Source of the DNA: Fonticula alba ATCC 38817
Taxonomy: Eukaryota; Protista; Nucleariida
Assembly (NCBI GenBank): GCA_000388065.2
Contig: KB932201.1
Strand: one strand, 5' to 3'
DNA length: 23,297 nucleotides
The notes below the pieces were generated by a model, which had not been told where the DNA came from, did no database searches, and saw only the letters and a program-made list of their open reading frames with translations. Below, one piece after another: positions 19,624-23,297 of the stretch; positions within the stretch are counted from its first letter, which is position 1; the number at the start of each line of letters is the position of its first letter. The translations under genes were made by a program, and so were the position numbers.

Positions 19624-22600
19624 TTAGAAGGGCGACACCCAGGAGGAACGAGTCTTCCGAAGGTGACGATTTAGCAGCAGGGCCAAGTCGCGCATCACAA
19701 ACGTGCAGAGAACCTCACGGAAAAAGACCGACGCGGTGCGCAGGGCATGGGCCACCAGGGCGGCCGTGGAGGTCTGCGGCACGGGCGGCATGCCGGGCAT
19801 GTGCTCATCCGGATCAAAGCGCAGCAGCCACCGCTCAAGAAGCTGCGCCAAATCGAAGAGCTTGACCAGCATGTCGATGTACGCGGTGTTGTCCTCAATG
19901 CGCAGACGAAGGACATTGGCCTGGAGGCGGCCGACATTCTTGGAAATGTTGTTGCCCACGCGCGACAGGTAATGGCCCACCGTGTCCATCTTGGACTCCT
20001 TGGCCTTCTCGATCTTGATTTCCCTGATGTAGGAAAGCTTCCGAGCCAGGTTGTTCTGGATGATGATCAGGCGACTGCAGAACTCCGTGAGATCCTGGTG
20101 CAGGGAGCTCACATCGTCGGGGTTGGCCTCCTGCAGCTTGTGAAGATAGAGCATCAGCTCATCGCAACAAGCAACCTTGGAGTCGATGGCCGTGATGCGG
20201 ACGTCGGGCTGGGTCCAAAGAGCCCGGGGGATGTGCAGCTCGCGGGTGACATGAGCACCGCGAGTCATCGACAGGGCCAGCGTGCGCATCAGCCAATAAG
20301 GGAACCGGAGCTTCGACGTGGGGGCCGGCTCCAGGATGGGCGACTATGGTGATGCGCGCAATTGCAGCATCCGGAGGGTGCATGCGTGTGTGTGTGTGGG
20401 GGGGGGGGGGAGGGGGTCAGGCAGAGCCAGCTGGCGTGCCATCGGCACGAGAGACAATCGATTGCCCGGGGAGGGGGGGGGGGAAGGAAGAAAGCAAACG
20501 AGCAGGGAAGATGGGGCACAGGATAACACCGATGCTCGCGTACCGTGGACAACTTCAACTCCTTAAAGGCGAAGGGATTGGAGCTGACCCCGCCGCCAAA
20601 GAGGTCGGCACCCTGCTCGGCGGCAGCCAGGGCGGCCGACAGAGCCCGAGCTCGGGCCCGATACGCGGCGGCCAGCATGCCCACGCGATCGCCGAAGAGG
20701 GCCCCTGCCTGGCCGGCGGTGCCGGCCTTTCGCGGCAGGGCACCCAACTGGCTCCGATCGACCGAGGCCAGCAGCCCGGCCGCCCGGCGGTAGGCGGCGA
20801 TCGCATGGACAGCAGCAGCACGGGGGTCCCCGCCAGATCCGACCATGGAGCTGGCCAAGTCCGCCCGGACGGCCAACTCGGCGGCTTGAAGGGCCGTCGC
20901 CAGCCGGGTCTTCACATCGACCATCGGGCCGACGACCTCCGTGGAGTCGGCACCGGGGGCCACCGGCACCGGGACCACCGACGGCACCCCGGCCGTCGCC
21001 GCGGTCGTGGTCGTCGCCGTCGCGGCGGCCGAGGCATTCACCGGCACCGGAGCGGCGCTTGCCAAGGCCGAGGGGGCCGCAGTGGCCGCGGTGCCGGAGG
21101 ATGCCGCGGCAACAGCAGCCGCTGCCGATGCCAAATCCCCCATGATGCCGGCCTCGGAATTGACCGACCGCAGGGAAATGGTCGAGGACGAGCTGGCCAG
21201 GGCAGCCTGCGACCCGAGCGACCCGGCGGCCGCGAGATGCCCGCTGGACCCGAAGGAGCCACTGGCTCCGGCCTGGCTGTCCGCCGCCTCGGCATATGTG
21301 CGCGCCATGCGGATGGCCTCCAATTGCGGGGCCAAGTGCTGCTCGATGCGCTGCTGGGCCTCCAAAAAGGAGGCCCCCTCGGTCCCGGGACCGGGGGTGA
21401 CCACCGACCCGCCCGGCGTCAAGGCCAGGTCCGAGTACGATTGGGCATACACATCGATCACCGACTCCAGGCTGGAGCTGGTGCTCAAGGGGGTGATGGC
21501 CCTGGGGGTGGCGGCATCCGGGACATCGGCCACAGGGATGCTTGGTGGCGGTGGTAGGAGTGTGGCCTGCTCCGGGATCGGAGCCGGAGGACTGGCGTTG
21601 ATGGGCCCCGCGCCGTCCTCCTGCTGATAGCGACGAATGACCGCATCAAGGGTGGAGGAGATCGAATCCCGCGCAGAGCGGTCCGGCACAGACGAGGCCG
21701 ACGCCATGACAAGGGTATCTGGCCGAGGGGCAGCCTGGGATTGGGGCAGAGAAACTGGCGTGTCAAGAGGGGCCGGAATCAAGATTTCAGCCGGAGCCGG
21801 AGCCGGGGCCGGGGCCGGAGCCGGAGCCGGAGCCAGGACCGACGATGAGACGGGGGCCGGAAGGGGGGCCGGCGCTGGGGCCACGAAGGCAGGCTTGTCC
21901 AGGATGGTCGGCTCGAGGGCCGGTGCGGAAGCGGCAACGGCAGTAGCAGCACCGGCCTCCGGGTGGGGCACCGGTGTGGCGGAGGTGGCGGTGACGCCGG
22001 ACTCCGGACCAAGAATCGAAGACAGCAGGCGATCAATGGTGGACGCCCGGATGTTGGTCGGGTCGGCGGCCGGCAGCGGGGGGATCACCACCGCCGAGAG
22101 ATTCGGCGAGTCGGGAACCGGCGCAGTGGGGGCAGCCAATGCGGCTGCCGCGGCCGCTGCCGACACCAGGGCCGAGTGGCGGCGACTGGCCGCATGGTGC
22201 TGGGGCTCGTGATAGTCGGAGTCCGAGTCGGAGTCCGAGTCGGAATGCGAGTCCGAGCCGCTGGACGAGTAGTACGACGAGCTGGAGTCCCCGTCTGACG
22301 AGCAGGACGACGAGCCATCCGAGGAGTAGATCACACGCCGGGGGGGGGCCTTCTGAGTTGACGCCACGGGAGCCGGGATCGGGCCTGGGGCACTGCCCGG
22401 CGGGGCGACCCCCATGGGCGAGACCGAGGTCACCGGTTGCGGCGGCGGCACGAAGGACCCCCCGGCCACCGAGGGGGACAGGCGCCCGGTTTCGCTGGTG
22501 CTCGTCGGGAAGTACCCGGTCGGGAGGACACGCGAGTGCCGAGAGGACACGGCCGCCGGCGAGAGAACCGCGTAGGGGCTACCAGAGGCATGGGACCCGC

Positions 22601-23153
22601 CATCGGTGGCCGACGCGGCCGCCGTCATGCTGGCCGCCTCGGTGGCGGTTGTGGCATCCGGCCGCATGCCCGGCACCAGGGTCTGATTGGCGTAGGATAG
22701 GCGCATGTTGGCCGTCGGCGAGGCGGGATTCGAGTAGGCCGGGATGCCGGCTCCAAGGGCGCCTCCGCCAGGGACGATGGTTTGCTGGGAGTATGGCTGG
22801 TAGACGAAGGCCGAGCCAGGGCCCGGGTTCGCCACCATCGGCGACAGGGGGATGCCCCCAGGCACATGCGACGTCGCAGGGTAGGGCATCGCGGTGGCCG
22901 GGCCGCCGGCAGCCGACGCCCCGACCATCGGCGAGGAGGGGCCGACACTGGGGGGCGCACTGCCGGCAATCGGCAACGGTGGGGGGATGGCCACCGGCGC
23001 GGGGATGAAACGCCGCTGGCCGCCGGCCGTCGAGGGCGGAAGGACACCACCGGCGCCGGGCGCGCCCGGGGTCAGCGTCAGCCTCTTGGAGGACTGGGAG
23101 TAGCCATTGTTCACCTTGGGCGGGAGAACATACGTCGAGGGGAGGTCCGACAT
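19624..23153 (-). CDS. ~1109-aa protein: long Pro/Ser/Ala low-complexity N-terminus, MIT-like three-helix domain, conserved helical C-terminal domain (uncharacterised family)
   Basis: Exon 1 23153-20544 (870 codons), intron GTACGC...CATAG (20543-20344), exon 2 20343-19624 (SPILEPAPTSKLRFPYWLMRTL...RKTRSSWVSPF*). MIT-like pattern at ~20915-20640: LATALQAAELAVRAD...AIAAYRRAAGLL...YRARARAL. From memory, the C-terminal domain resembles fungal MIT-domain hypothetical proteins (RPFWLMR...LFIPRxVW...FVLxDLxLLLDKFxKRGSEW); I could not run a search. Confidence 0.82.
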
Positions 23154-23297
23154 GTGGGGGCGGGGGGCGAGGGAGAGGAGGGAGGGGGGTGTCGGCTGCC
23201 CGGGGAGCGGTGCGGCGGACGAGCGTCGGCCGAAAAAGCTGGGCGTGGCGCGGCCCGGCGGTTTCGCCCTCTGTCACGCCGGCGAGCCGCGGCCGCC

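Overview
Eukaryotic genomic DNA that is very GC-rich, intron-rich and microsatellite-rich, with five N gaps. It reads like a unicellular opisthokont (Fonticula-like); this is an inference and cannot be established from the window alone. Contents in order: a cluster of three tRNA genes (Phe-GAA -, Pro-CGG -, intron-containing Tyr-GTA +); about 2.6 kb with no recognisable gene but several candidate RNA structures; an 8-exon animal-type flavin monoamine oxidase (+) with a C-terminal tail anchor; a glycerol kinase (-, 13 core exons plus an upstream exon); a 10-exon coatomer beta subunit (-); an intergenic 68-bp perfect direct repeat; and a 2-exon, ~1109-aa low-complexity protein with a MIT-like domain and a conserved helical C-terminal domain (-). 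I built all exon chains by hand and each closes in frame. The two strongest leads are (1) a glycerol kinase that appears to carry both a spliced-in mitochondrial presequence and a C-terminal PTS1 (-ARL), with an internal Met and an alternative acceptor that could switch between them, and (2) a 5' splice-site signature in which all 30 introns have a pyrimidine (mostly C) at +4 and none has A. Most long ORFs in the supplied track are GC-driven or antisense shadows.
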